NCBI GenBank assembly: GCA_965219535.1
Contig: CBDCNV010000002.1
Span: forward strand, 150,001-182,000
Source: Opitutales bacterium
GTDB lineage: Bacteria > Verrucomicrobiota > Verrucomicrobiia > Opitutales > PNEW01
Length of the DNA: 32,000 nt
Reading direction: 5' to 3'
The stretch's first letter is position 1; each line of letters begins with the position of its first letter. The notes beneath the pieces are model-generated. The model did not search any database, was not told the origin of the DNA, and saw nothing but the letters and a program-made list of their open reading frames with translations. The position numbers and the translations under genes were made by a program. This document shows, one piece after another, positions 1 through 8,298 of this stretch.

Positions 1-798
1 GGCTGGTTATTCGCGATATTCATCTCAAACTCACCTCTCTTCGAAAATGGAGATCCGCAGATACTTTTCTTAGTTCGTCTCGCGCTTTTTGTTATATTGA
101 TGTATCTAGGGTCGGTGATTGCCCTGCGTGGTCGCGATGAATTTAATCTGGTCATTCCCTATGTTAGATTCGAGCCACATGGAGTGGATGTGCCACTTGT
201 TGTATTAGATACCAGTATCCTTATCGATGCGCGTATTATCGGTATCTGCGAAAGCAAATTTATGGGTTATGCGCTAGTTATTCCGCGCTTTGTCCTCGAT
301 GAGTTGCAACGCATTGCTGACTCATCGGACATTCAGCGCCAAACAAAAGGTCGTAAAGGGCTGGAAGTGCTAAATCAATTGAGAAAAATGGAACATCTTG
401 ACCTGCGTATTCATGAGAGCGATGTGAGTAACCGACAGAATGTCGATGCAAAGCTCGTTTTTCTCGCCCAGTCGATGAATGCTAAAATCATGACAACCGA
501 TTTCAATCTCGCTCAAATGGCGGAATTTCACACCATAGATTGGCTAAACATTAACGCCCTGGCAAAAGCTCTCAATCCCGATTTTAATATTGGGGAAATC
601 TTCGATGTAGAGCTCGTCAAAGAGGGCAAAGAGCCCGGACAGGCCGTCGGATTCTTAAATGACGGCTCTATGGTTGTTGTTAATGATGGGATTGATCTCA
701 TCGGGCAGGCGGTTCGTATTGAAGTTCAAAGTATCTTGCCCTCGGCAGGGGGGAAGATGGTTTTTGCCAAGGCTTTGGGGCCAGTTGAAACGGTATAA
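1..798 (+). CDS. PIN/TRAM domain protein (YacL-like), 5' end outside the window
   Basis: Frame 1 is open from base 1 (GWLFAIFISN...LALFVILMYLG looks like a membrane segment), so the ATG at 97 is probably internal. PIN-like core VLDTSILIDARI...VIPRFVLDELQ...DAKLV...TTDFNL. C-terminal TRAM-like beta domain EIFDVELVKEGKEPGQAVGFLNDGSMVVVNDG...IEVQSILPSAGGKMVFAK. Confidence 0.8.
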   Translation, partial: GWLFAIFISNSPLFENGDPQILFLVRLALFVILMYLGSVIALRGRDEFNLVIPYVRFEPHGVDVPLVVLDTSILIDARIIGICESKFMGYALVIPRFVLDELQRIADSSDIQRQTKGRKGLEVLNQLRKMEHLDLRIHESDVSNRQNVDAKLVFLAQSMNAKIMTTDFNLAQMAEFHTIDWLNINALAKALNPDFNIGEIFDVELVKEGKEPGQAVGFLNDGSMVVVNDGIDLIGQAVRIEVQSILPSAGGKMVFAKALGPVETV

Positions 799-1000
799 TT
801 TATCTGTTACCCTTTAACCTTAAATGGGTTATAACGTGGATGTGACAGTGATATACGGTATTTATGTCGAGGTGTAAGGTCAGTTGTAATCTGGATCACT
901 ATTTAATAGTCGAAAAAATGACTTGGCAAGTAACCCTATTCTACTCTATTGTATTTATCCCTAGTTTTGAGAATGTGATAGGGAGTTAACTAAAAATAAA

Positions 1001-1372
1001 ATGGAGAATATAATGATTAATAAAACAACTAATAAGGGATTTACCCTTGTAGAAATTATGATTGTGGTCGTGATCATCGGGCTGTTAGCAGCGATGGCGA
1101 TACCGGCCTTCAATAAAGTCCGGCAGACCTCGCAGGACAAAACGATTACGAATAACTTAAGACAGGTAGCATCAGCAGCTGACCAGTACTTCATTGAAGA
1201 GGGGATGACCCAAGCGGTGTCGTCCGATATCATAGGTACAGCACTGTATGTGAAGGCGATGCCCCAGGCAGTGGCCGGCGAAGCCTACTCAACCTTATTC
1301 CCGATCACAGCTGGGTTTACCCAACTATCGGTTAGCAAGGCTGACACTACTGTAGTTACCTTCGCTCAATAA
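1001..1372 (+). CDS. Prepilin-type N-terminal cleavage/methylation domain protein (type IV pilin or T2SS pseudopilin-like)
   Basis: Canonical class III signal KG|FTLVEIMIVVVIIGLLAAMAIPAF, with Glu at +5 after the predicted G|F cleavage site. Small size (123 aa). AGGGAG lies 13 nt upstream of ATG 1001. The ATG at 1013 (MINKTTNKG|F) is an alternative start giving a shorter leader. Confidence 0.85.
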   Translation: MENIMINKTTNKGFTLVEIMIVVVIIGLLAAMAIPAFNKVRQTSQDKTITNNLRQVASAADQYFIEEGMTQAVSSDIIGTALYVKAMPQAVAGEAYSTLFPITAGFTQLSVSKADTTVVTFAQ

Positions 1373-1390
1373 GTTGATTTAAATTTTAAC

Positions 1391-1429
1391 AAAAGCCACC
1401 TCGTATTTTTATGAGGTGGCTTTTTTTTT
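1391..1429 (+). terminator. Rho-independent terminator after the pilin gene
   Basis: Stem gccacctc (1395-1402) pairs with gaggtggc (1413-1420) around a 10-nt loop, followed by T9 (1421-1429) and preceded by an A-run. Confidence 0.85.
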
Positions 1430-1431
1430 AG

Positions 1432-3294
1432 ATGGTCAGGCCAGCATTTCTAAAGTTAGCGATCCTCAGTCTTACTTCCATCATTACCCTGTTCGTCTCT
1501 TTTGTCCTCATAAGCCACGAACAGGTGACATGGTGGACTAAGAATGGGGGATATTGGATGGTTTTTGCTACCACTGCAGCTTTTGGCTGGTTCTTTATTC
1601 AAATAGTGAGAAAAGAATGGCGAGACGACTTTTCTTTTAGCCGTCATCGGTGGGGAGTGATAACAATAATAATCTGTTCAGTATTTTTACACCTGCATGA
1701 ACCGCATCGATTTAAGATACTCTTTGATGAATATGTCCTATTATCAAATTCGTTGAGAATGCACAGCCACCGTGAAGTCTTTGTAACCGGTAGGGCTCAC
1801 TATATAAATTCCCATCTACAATTACAACAGGGGTTTGTTGATAAGAGACCCTATTTTTTCTCTTTCGTACTTTCAATGGTCCATGATCTTAGTGGATATC
1901 GACCGGCTAATGCCTTTATTTTGAATGGGATTTTTACGGTAATTTTAACCACGCTTATGTATGCGTTGTGTTGGCAGATTGGAGGTGTTCGTTATGGTTG
2001 CCTGGGGGTATTACTGCTTACCGCGATTCCACTCATTGCACAAAATGCAACGGGCGGGGGATTCGAAATTATGAATGCTTCTATGCTTCTTCTTTTCATG
2101 ACCGCGGCATCCTATTACTTGAAACAAAATGATGATAAGGGCTTGAATTTTTTTATTTCAACAGCCGTTTTATTGGCACAGACGCGATACGAATCAATTC
2201 TTTATCTCCTCGCTTTAGCTTTTATCGTTCTTGTCAAATGGATATCGCGTCGCGAAGTCAGTATGAATTGGTTCTCTGCCTGTTCCCCCTTTCTTTTATT
2301 CCCCCCTTTGTTAACCAATCAGGTAATTCTTTCTAATCGTGGATTTTGGCAATTAAGTGATCCCGAAAGCACCGCATTCGCTTTTGAGCATTTTGTCCCC
2401 AACATACACAAAGCATTATTATATCTGTTCAATTATGAGGAGGTATGGACAAACTCCTTTCTCATCTCAACTCTTGGAATTATTGGATTGGTTTTTATGT
2501 TCGTTTACGCGGGGGGGCATTTCCGTGAAATATTTTCGAAGCCCGGATTCCATCTTGTTTTTTACTCTACCCTCTTAGTCATGACCATCAATCTCACGCT
2601 CCTGATGACCTATCATTGGGGACAACTTGATGACCCGATGGTTTGGCGATTATCCTTACCCTTACACCTGTTTTTTATCCTCAGCATAATTAGAGTATTA
2701 AAAGAGTTTTTTAAAAATCGGAGCTTACCCAACTTTTTCGTTCTGCTAATCATAGTTTACATTATTGGTTTTGTAGTCCCCGCTAATGCTGAACATGAAA
2801 TTACTGATGGCTATGTTTCGAGCCGAGAATTTAACTGGGCATCGGAGTATATTCGTACTGAGACTACAGAAGATACACTCGTCGTTGCAGAATCATCCGT
2901 GCCCATTATTTGTCATTTGCGGGCAAGCACTCCCATGTATTTATTAAATAAACGGCTACGGCACCTGCAATTTATTTTAGAACATCGAATTTATCAGGAA
3001 GTTATAGTTTTGCAGAGGTTTAAAATAAAGCACGAAACCTTGGAAGAAATACCTTTGGGGAGAGAAGGTCATATACGTGGTATCCTCCACAAAGGAATAG
3101 AACTGGAAAAGATTAAGGAATTCAGGGTGCGCCCTCACATCTTCTCTCGCTTGAGTCGTATCGTAGGGGTGAATGAAGCCGACGTAGAAAAAGAAATTGA
3201 ACTACTTGAGAAGGCCGGGGAAACATGGGAGAAACCGACAGGATTTGAAGGGGAGTTAGAATTTTTGCTTCATGCGATCAAAATGAATCCTTAA
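1432..3294 (+). CDS. Large polytopic membrane protein with a soluble C-terminal domain; candidate GT-C-fold (PMT/ArnT-like) glycosyltransferase
   Basis: 620-aa ORF with about a dozen hydrophobic segments. An Asp-Glu pair in an early loop (HEPHRFKILFDEYVLL, D99-E100 at nt 1726-1731) resembles the FDE(V/K)(H/Y) loop-1 motif of PMT-type GT-C enzymes. The last ~150 aa are hydrophilic. The ATG at 1432 sits 2 nt after the terminator T-tract with no SD. An in-frame ATG at 1558 preceded by GGGGGA is an alternative start. The product call is inference only. Confidence 0.55.
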   Translation: MVRPAFLKLAILSLTSIITLFVSFVLISHEQVTWWTKNGGYWMVFATTAAFGWFFIQIVRKEWRDDFSFSRHRWGVITIIICSVFLHLHEPHRFKILFDEYVLLSNSLRMHSHREVFVTGRAHYINSHLQLQQGFVDKRPYFFSFVLSMVHDLSGYRPANAFILNGIFTVILTTLMYALCWQIGGVRYGCLGVLLLTAIPLIAQNATGGGFEIMNASMLLLFMTAASYYLKQNDDKGLNFFISTAVLLAQTRYESILYLLALAFIVLVKWISRREVSMNWFSACSPFLLFPPLLTNQVILSNRGFWQLSDPESTAFAFEHFVPNIHKALLYLFNYEEVWTNSFLISTLGIIGLVFMFVYAGGHFREIFSKPGFHLVFYSTLLVMTINLTLLMTYHWGQLDDPMVWRLSLPLHLFFILSIIRVLKEFFKNRSLPNFFVLLIIVYIIGFVVPANAEHEITDGYVSSREFNWASEYIRTETTEDTLVVAESSVPIICHLRASTPMYLLNKRLRHLQFILEHRIYQEVIVLQRFKIKHETLEEIPLGREGHIRGILHKGIELEKIKEFRVRPHIFSRLSRIVGVNEADVEKEIELLEKAGETWEKPTGFEGELEFLLHAIKMNP

Positions 3295-3348
3295 TTGAAT
3301 TCGAACTTTCCCTTTGACCGGCAGTAACAATAGACGCCAACCCGTCAT

Positions 3349-4458
3349 TTAATGAATCGATTGAGACACTGATTTAATTATCACATCGGATACGGTTTTA
3401 AGCACTGAATCCTTCATTTCAGGATATAGGGGCAGACATATTACCTCATTTGCCACTTTTTCCGAGCAGGGAAAAGCACCCCCAGCATAACCCAGATCAA
3501 GATAAGCGGGTTGAAGATGGACAGGGATCGGATAATGGATGAGGGTTTCAATATTTTCTGCCTTAAGTGCTTTGGTTAAGGTGCCCCTGTTGGGAGTGCG
3601 GAGTGTGTATAAGTAATAAACGTGCCGGTTGTGCGGAGCTTCATAGGGGATGACAAAATTTGTTTCGCTCAGGAGAGCATTGTATTTTTGTGCGTGTAGG
3701 CGTCGGGCTTCAGTCCAGGCTTCGATGTGCTTCAGTTTTACACTCAGCACTGCGCCCTGAATGCCATCCATTCGATAGTTATACCCTCTCAGTAGATGGA
3801 TATTTCTCTCCTCTTGGCCCCATTGCCGCAGCATACGAATAGTGTGTGCATAAGCGGCATTATTGGTGAGTGTAATGCCCCCTTCTCCATAAGCGCCCAG
3901 GTTTTTGCCGGGGTAGAAACTGAAACACGCGAGGTCACCTAATCCGCCCACTCGTTTCCCCTTATACTCCGCCCCATAGGCCTGACAGGCGTCCTCAATC
4001 ACGATGAGGTGGTGGCGCTTGGCTATTTCCATGATTGGATCCATATCGGCCGCCTGTCCATAGAGATGTACCGGGAGGATCGCTTTGGTTTTGTCCGTAA
4101 TTGCTTCCTCAATCTGTTCCACGTCAATAGTGTAGCTTCGCGGTTCAATATCCACGAGCACCGGAGTCGCCCCGGTATAGCAAATTGCCGCGACGGTGCC
4201 GACGAAGGTATAGGGAACAGTGATTACTTCGTCACCCGGCCCAATACCTGCCGCAAGAAGTGCAAGGTGTAAAGCGCTGGTGCCCGAATTAACAGCGATC
4301 GCATGAGTGGTTCCACATTGAGAAGCAAACTCAGCTTCAAATGTGAGAACTTCTTCCCCCAAAGCAAATTGGCAACTTTCCAAGACCCTTCCGATGGCTT
4401 CATCAATCTCGTCTTTAATACTATGATACTGGGCTTTTAAATCTATAAAAGGGATCAT
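3349..4458 (-). CDS. DegT/DnrJ/EryC1/StrS family PLP-dependent sugar aminotransferase
   Basis: Family-typical N-terminus MIPFIDLKAQYHSIKDEIDEAI...FEAEFA...AVNSGTSALHLAL, plus FSFYPGKNLGAYGEGG holding the PLP-lysine region. The ORF track begins at a GTG (4473). The ATG at 4458 gives the usual M-I-P-F start and is preferred. Confidence 0.9.
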   Translation of the reverse strand: MIPFIDLKAQYHSIKDEIDEAIGRVLESCQFALGEEVLTFEAEFASQCGTTHAIAVNSGTSALHLALLAAGIGPGDEVITVPYTFVGTVAAICYTGATPVLVDIEPRSYTIDVEQIEEAITDKTKAILPVHLYGQAADMDPIMEIAKRHHLIVIEDACQAYGAEYKGKRVGGLGDLACFSFYPGKNLGAYGEGGITLTNNAAYAHTIRMLRQWGQEERNIHLLRGYNYRMDGIQGAVLSVKLKHIEAWTEARRLHAQKYNALLSETNFVIPYEAPHNRHVYYLYTLRTPNRGTLTKALKAENIETLIHYPIPVHLQPAYLDLGYAGGAFPCSEKVANEVICLPLYPEMKDSVLKTVSDVIIKSVSQSIH

Positions 4459-4848
4459 CTTTGTCGACGGCACCCGGCCGCTAAATAGATAATTTCCTGA
4501 GGGTGCAGTTTCTCCTGCTTCGAATAACTTTTCTAATATTTACCCAATAGAATAAGCTTTGTGCATGCAAGGTTGTTTCCCCTTCCTGTGAGAGGGCCCA
4601 GAATTAAAAGATGCGAATGATGACTTAAGAGGGATAGCTCGAACATTTTTGTTGCGATCCGTCCCGGTTGCCTCTTTCGAGCGCTATTAGTTGCATAATA
4701 TGCAAGATAAGGACCCTCAGCTGGGCCTTGAATAATATTTATAATGTTTTTTTGAACGATTTTACCGAAAACACGTCAAAGTAATTAATCGAATATTATA
4801 TTCGGCAGAGTAAGATAATAATTTCATTGTTTTTTTGTAGTTTGGTAA

Positions 4849-4886
4849 TAAAAAGCCGCCCGAGATCACCGGGCGGCTTTTTATTT
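4849..4886 (-). terminator. Rho-independent terminator after the amidase gene (hairpin flanked by A/T runs on both strands)
   Basis: agccgcccg (4854-4862) pairs with cgggcggct (4870-4878) around a 7-nt loop. T-runs follow on both strands. It lies 18 nt downstream of the amidase stop. Confidence 0.8.
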
Positions 4887-4903
4887 TGGAAAATATCCAT
4901 TCT

Positions 4904-6190
4904 TTAGGTGGCTATTAGCTGATTGAGGACATTGAGTGGTACTTGGCTTTTTTGGGTAGGGTAAATTATTTGCAAACCTCCACTCAATCCATTGGGTAAA
5001 TAAACAGGGATGGTTAAAACCGGAAAGCCGGCCATGCTCCCCAGTGAATTCAACCTTAATAAGCCCTTACGAAATTCCTGGGTTAAAGTGTTTTTATAAA
5101 CCGCGGGGCAAGGTACCGCTGGCATCACCAGGTAATCAAAGTCGGTAAATACTTTATTTAGATGGCGCCTGATTTTTTCCTGCTGATTCTCTGAATGTTG
5201 AATTTCCTCTTTATTCCAACGCCGACCCCGATCGATGCGCAGCCAGACAGCTGGATCATATTGTTCACGGTAATCATCCAGCCATTGGCAATGTACTGCG
5301 TAAGCCTCTTGACTTTGCAGTACCGCGTAGTGGATTTCACTATGATTGATGATTGTGGACAAGTCGATTTGTGCCATTTCACTTTTTTCAAGACATAGAA
5401 AATTTGCCATTTGATGGTAATGTTTTTTCAGCTCTTCATCAATGGGTATTCCACTCTCTTCGAAATATAGACCTCGGGATTGATTAATTTCACATTCAGG
5501 TGAGAGCAGAGTTTGTATACAAGTCTTCATATCTTCAGCATTCGACGTAAACCACCCCGCGGTGTCATAAGAAGGTGCAAGAGGAAAACAACCATTCTCT
5601 ACCCAACTCTGGTGGGGGCATAGTCTCAGACCGTAAATCCCACAGAAGGAAGCGGGCACCCGAATTGAACCCCCGGTATCTGTACCAAAGGCTAGTGGAA
5701 TTAATCCTTTACCAACCGCCCATGCCGATCCACTACTTGAGCCCCCGCTTAACCGGTCCGGGAATTTAGGGTGTGGACAATCGCCGAAGTGCTTATTAAG
5801 CCCATCCAAACCATAGGCAAATTCATTCATCTGGGTTTTACCGCAGAATACAGCCCCTTTATGAGTCATTACTTCGAAAAGACTGCAGGATTTATCGGGG
5901 GCTGGTCTTACTTTTTGAAGTAAGGTAGAGCTACAGTGAGTGGGGTAACCTTGGACATCAAAGAGGTCTTTAAGGAGGTAGGGGATGCCACCGAGAGGTT
6001 GGTCTAATAATTCACCCGCATTAATGAAACTGCTGATTAATGTCTTTTCATCGACGAGGCAACTGAGGGTAGCTGTTCTCTCAGCTGGTGGAATGGAATT
6101 TATCCGGGCTAAAAAATGATGTGCTGTATTAACCGGATCTCTAGCGATATTTTCTTTCCAATAGGAAAAGTTAAATTCTCCAGAAGACAT
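4904..6190 (-). CDS. Amidase-signature family amidase (GatA-like)
   Basis: AS-family motifs: YLLKDLFDV (catalytic Lys region), GGSSSGSA and GTDTGGSIRVPASFCG (Ser-cisSer-Lys triad context). 428 aa. Confidence 0.85.
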   Translation of the reverse strand: MSSGEFNFSYWKENIARDPVNTAHHFLARINSIPPAERTATLSCLVDEKTLISSFINAGELLDQPLGGIPYLLKDLFDVQGYPTHCSSTLLQKVRPAPDKSCSLFEVMTHKGAVFCGKTQMNEFAYGLDGLNKHFGDCPHPKFPDRLSGGSSSGSAWAVGKGLIPLAFGTDTGGSIRVPASFCGIYGLRLCPHQSWVENGCFPLAPSYDTAGWFTSNAEDMKTCIQTLLSPECEINQSRGLYFEESGIPIDEELKKHYHQMANFLCLEKSEMAQIDLSTIINHSEIHYAVLQSQEAYAVHCQWLDDYREQYDPAVWLRIDRGRRWNKEEIQHSENQQEKIRRHLNKVFTDFDYLVMPAVPCPAVYKNTLTQEFRKGLLRLNSLGSMAGFPVLTIPVYLPNGLSGGLQIIYPTQKSQVPLNVLNQLIAT

Positions 6191-6292
6191 AGAAATTACT
6201 GGATGAAATACCAGCTGAATAAGCTGGGATTACAATGAGTTTTAAGCGGTGATATCATGTAGCTGTGCCTTTCATGAATGACTTGCGAGATC

Positions 6293-6682
6293 TCAGTTTT
6301 CACCCTCGGGACAATTACGTTTGCGATAAAATTCTAATCCTACCCATTTTGTATCGGGGACAACAAATTTTCTTAATTGGATTTTTATCTCTGTCGCGCG
6401 CGTGAATTCATTAAAAATAAGTGAGCAAGTGTCTAAAGCTAGTTCTTCCAACAATACCCAGGATTTATTTTTAATATTTTCTTCAATCCGGTCTTTCACC
6501 GTAGCATAGCAAATAGTTGTACTAATATCTCCTTCCTTGGAGCCGGCTTGCCATGGATCTATGCCGATTTCAAGATCAACAATAATGCGTTGAGTGTTGG
6601 TCCGTTCTTCAGCTGTATAGCCGATTTTTGTATGGACAGAATATTCGCGAATAATAATTTTATCTGGTATAGGTGATTTCAT
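6293..6682 (-). CDS. folB: Dihydroneopterin aldolase family protein (FolB-like)
   Basis: 129 aa. It aligns by eye with E. coli FolB blocks: IGYTAEERTNTQRIIVDLEI vs IGVYDWEQTIEQKLVFDIEM, ICYATVKDRI vs LSYADIAETV, IKIQLRKF vs VRIKLSKP. Assignment within the family (FolB vs FolX-type) is not resolved. Confidence 0.65.
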   Translation of the reverse strand: MKSPIPDKIIIREYSVHTKIGYTAEERTNTQRIIVDLEIGIDPWQAGSKEGDISTTICYATVKDRIEENIKNKSWVLLEELALDTCSLIFNEFTRATEIKIQLRKFVVPDTKWVGLEFYRKRNCPEGEN

Positions 6683-6805
6683 TATTAGCTTACTCTCTTT
6701 TATAAAGTGGATAGTAAAAGATGCGAGCTTAACAATATATGCTTTAAGAAGAAATTACATGCCTGGGTATAAAAATCTTGGGTTGGATAAAGGGTGAAAT
6801 ATTAT

Positions 6806-7810
6806 ATGAACCGCAGTCTTTGTTTTGTCATTATCCTTTTCTCGATCTTAATTGCGAACGGTTGCTCTAAGAAGAATACTCCAACCGTTTCTTCAAAAGA
6901 TAAATTACTCCCGATTTCAGTTCAGCTTGACTGGTTTCCAGAACCCGAACATGGGGGCCTTTATCAGGCGTTAGCAAAAAATTATTTTTCGGATGAAGGG
7001 CTCGATGTCACTTTAATCAGCGGTGGCAATAACATCCTTGTCACCCAGATGCTGGCTTCGGGACGTGCACAAATAGGGCAGTCGGATAGTACAAAAATAA
7101 TTCTCGCAGCCGCTAAAGGCCTTCCCGTGAAAATCATTGGAGCTGTATTTCACAACTCGCCCTCAGGGCTCATGCTCCACGCAAGTAATCCTATAAATCG
7201 ATTCGAAGAGCTGGATGGAAAAACGATAATGGCACGCACCGAAGCACTTTACATTCCGTATTTGAAAAAGAAATACGGAATCACATTTAATGTAATTCCA
7301 CAGAATTTTGGTTTGGGACAATTTATATCTGATAAAAATTTTATCCAGGAGGGGTTCTATATTGCCGAATTTTATTTTGTTGAAAAAGAGGGAGTGAAAC
7401 CAAAAGTACTCAATCTCTGGGATAGCGGGTATATGAATTCTCTTGTCCTGGCCGCGAATACAGATTTTATCGAGACCCATTCAGTGGCCGTAGATCGGTT
7501 TATGCGCGCATTTATTAAAGGCTGGTCGGAATATCTGGAGGGAGATTCTATCCCTGCACGTGAAGCGATGAAGGAGGCTAATAGAAAGATATCAAGAGAT
7601 GTGGAGGATGAATTTTTGGATTTTTCACGAAAAATCATTATCCGCGACAATTTGGCAAAAGGTAATAAATTATGGGGAGAGAATTATGGGATTCTCGGCA
7701 TTGAGAGAGTTGAGAAACAAATTGGGCAACTTATAGATCTCGATGTGCTAATAGCGGGAGAGGTTACCCCAGCTGATGTGCGCGCTCAAGTTATGTCACT
7801 GAAAAATTAA
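6806..7810 (+). CDS. NMT1/THI5-like ABC-type substrate-binding lipoprotein (nitrate/sulfonate/bicarbonate/HMP family)
   Basis: Lipoprotein signal MNRSLCFVIILFSILIANG|C. Family-typical VQLDWFPEPEHGGLYQALAKNYFSDEGLDVTLISGG. The ORF track starts at GTG 6794. The ATG at 6806, about 10 nt after AAAGGG, is preferred. No permease or ATPase gene is adjacent. Confidence 0.8.
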   Translation: MNRSLCFVIILFSILIANGCSKKNTPTVSSKDKLLPISVQLDWFPEPEHGGLYQALAKNYFSDEGLDVTLISGGNNILVTQMLASGRAQIGQSDSTKIILAAAKGLPVKIIGAVFHNSPSGLMLHASNPINRFEELDGKTIMARTEALYIPYLKKKYGITFNVIPQNFGLGQFISDKNFIQEGFYIAEFYFVEKEGVKPKVLNLWDSGYMNSLVLAANTDFIETHSVAVDRFMRAFIKGWSEYLEGDSIPAREAMKEANRKISRDVEDEFLDFSRKIIIRDNLAKGNKLWGENYGILGIERVEKQIGQLIDLDVLIAGEVTPADVRAQVMSLKN

Positions 7811-7842
7811 AACAGTGGATAAACGATATTTATCGTTAAGAC

Positions 7843-8217
7843 TTACTGAACCCGATTTTTACTGCGACGGTAGAAGGCCCGTAGATAAATAAATAAATTT
7901 AAACCTAAGAGCAATGTTCCGAGTAGGAGCTGCCAATTCCGCGTAAGCATTTCGGGGTAGAGCAAAGGGTGGATGTAATATTCGATAAATCCAGAGCTAT
8001 AGCCGGATTCCCCTCCCTGAAAGCGAAGCCAATTCTCCAGTGGTGTCAGCGGACAAATCCAACCAGTGAATTCGATTAGGGTCGCCCAGATGACAGTTGG
8101 CAGGTGCAACCAGGCGATCTTTTTCCACTTTAAAACGAAGATGCCGCCGAGGACCGCGAAGATTATAAAAACAAAATGAATTAAAAGAATACTCTCAGCG
8201 AAAATAAGATAGGTCAT
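7843..8217 (-). CDS. Small 4-TM membrane protein, DUF2784-like
   Basis: WLHLPTVIWATLIEFTGWICPLTPLENWLR matches my memory of the DUF2784 conserved core. 124 aa. Confidence 0.65.
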   Translation of the reverse strand: MTYLIFAESILLIHFVFIIFAVLGGIFVLKWKKIAWLHLPTVIWATLIEFTGWICPLTPLENWLRFQGGESGYSSGFIEYYIHPLLYPEMLTRNWQLLLGTLLLGLNLFIYLRAFYRRSKNRVQ

Positions 8218-8298
8218 ATTGTATTCAGAATATTAAATTCAGGTTGCCCTCAGAAATTAGAGTGATCTTTTTGGACAGAGGATCCGAAATTATTTCAC

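Noticed and set aside
961-1233. 90-aa minus-strand ORF overlapping the pilin gene. Similar shadow ORFs occur at 1456-1647, 3660-4406, 5158-5769, 7163-7650, 8795-9433, 11753-12952, 13655-14545, 17521-18078, 23449-23698, 25739-26128, 26487-28671, 29588-29785 and 31318-31886.
   Set aside because: All lie wholly inside, and antisense or out of frame to, much longer ORFs with clear family motifs. Their sequences are low-complexity with no recognisable motifs.
4533-4646. 37-codon minus-strand ORF (MFELSLLSHHSHLLILGPLTGRGNNLACTKLILLGKY) in the degT upstream gap.
   Set aside because: It has no SD or recognisable motif and overlaps the candidate helices. It is more likely non-coding.
6683-6805. Looked for a TPP riboswitch upstream of the NMT1/THI5-like binding protein.
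   Set aside because: The conserved CTGAGA / ACCTGATCTGGATAATGCCAGCG-type elements are not present on either strand.
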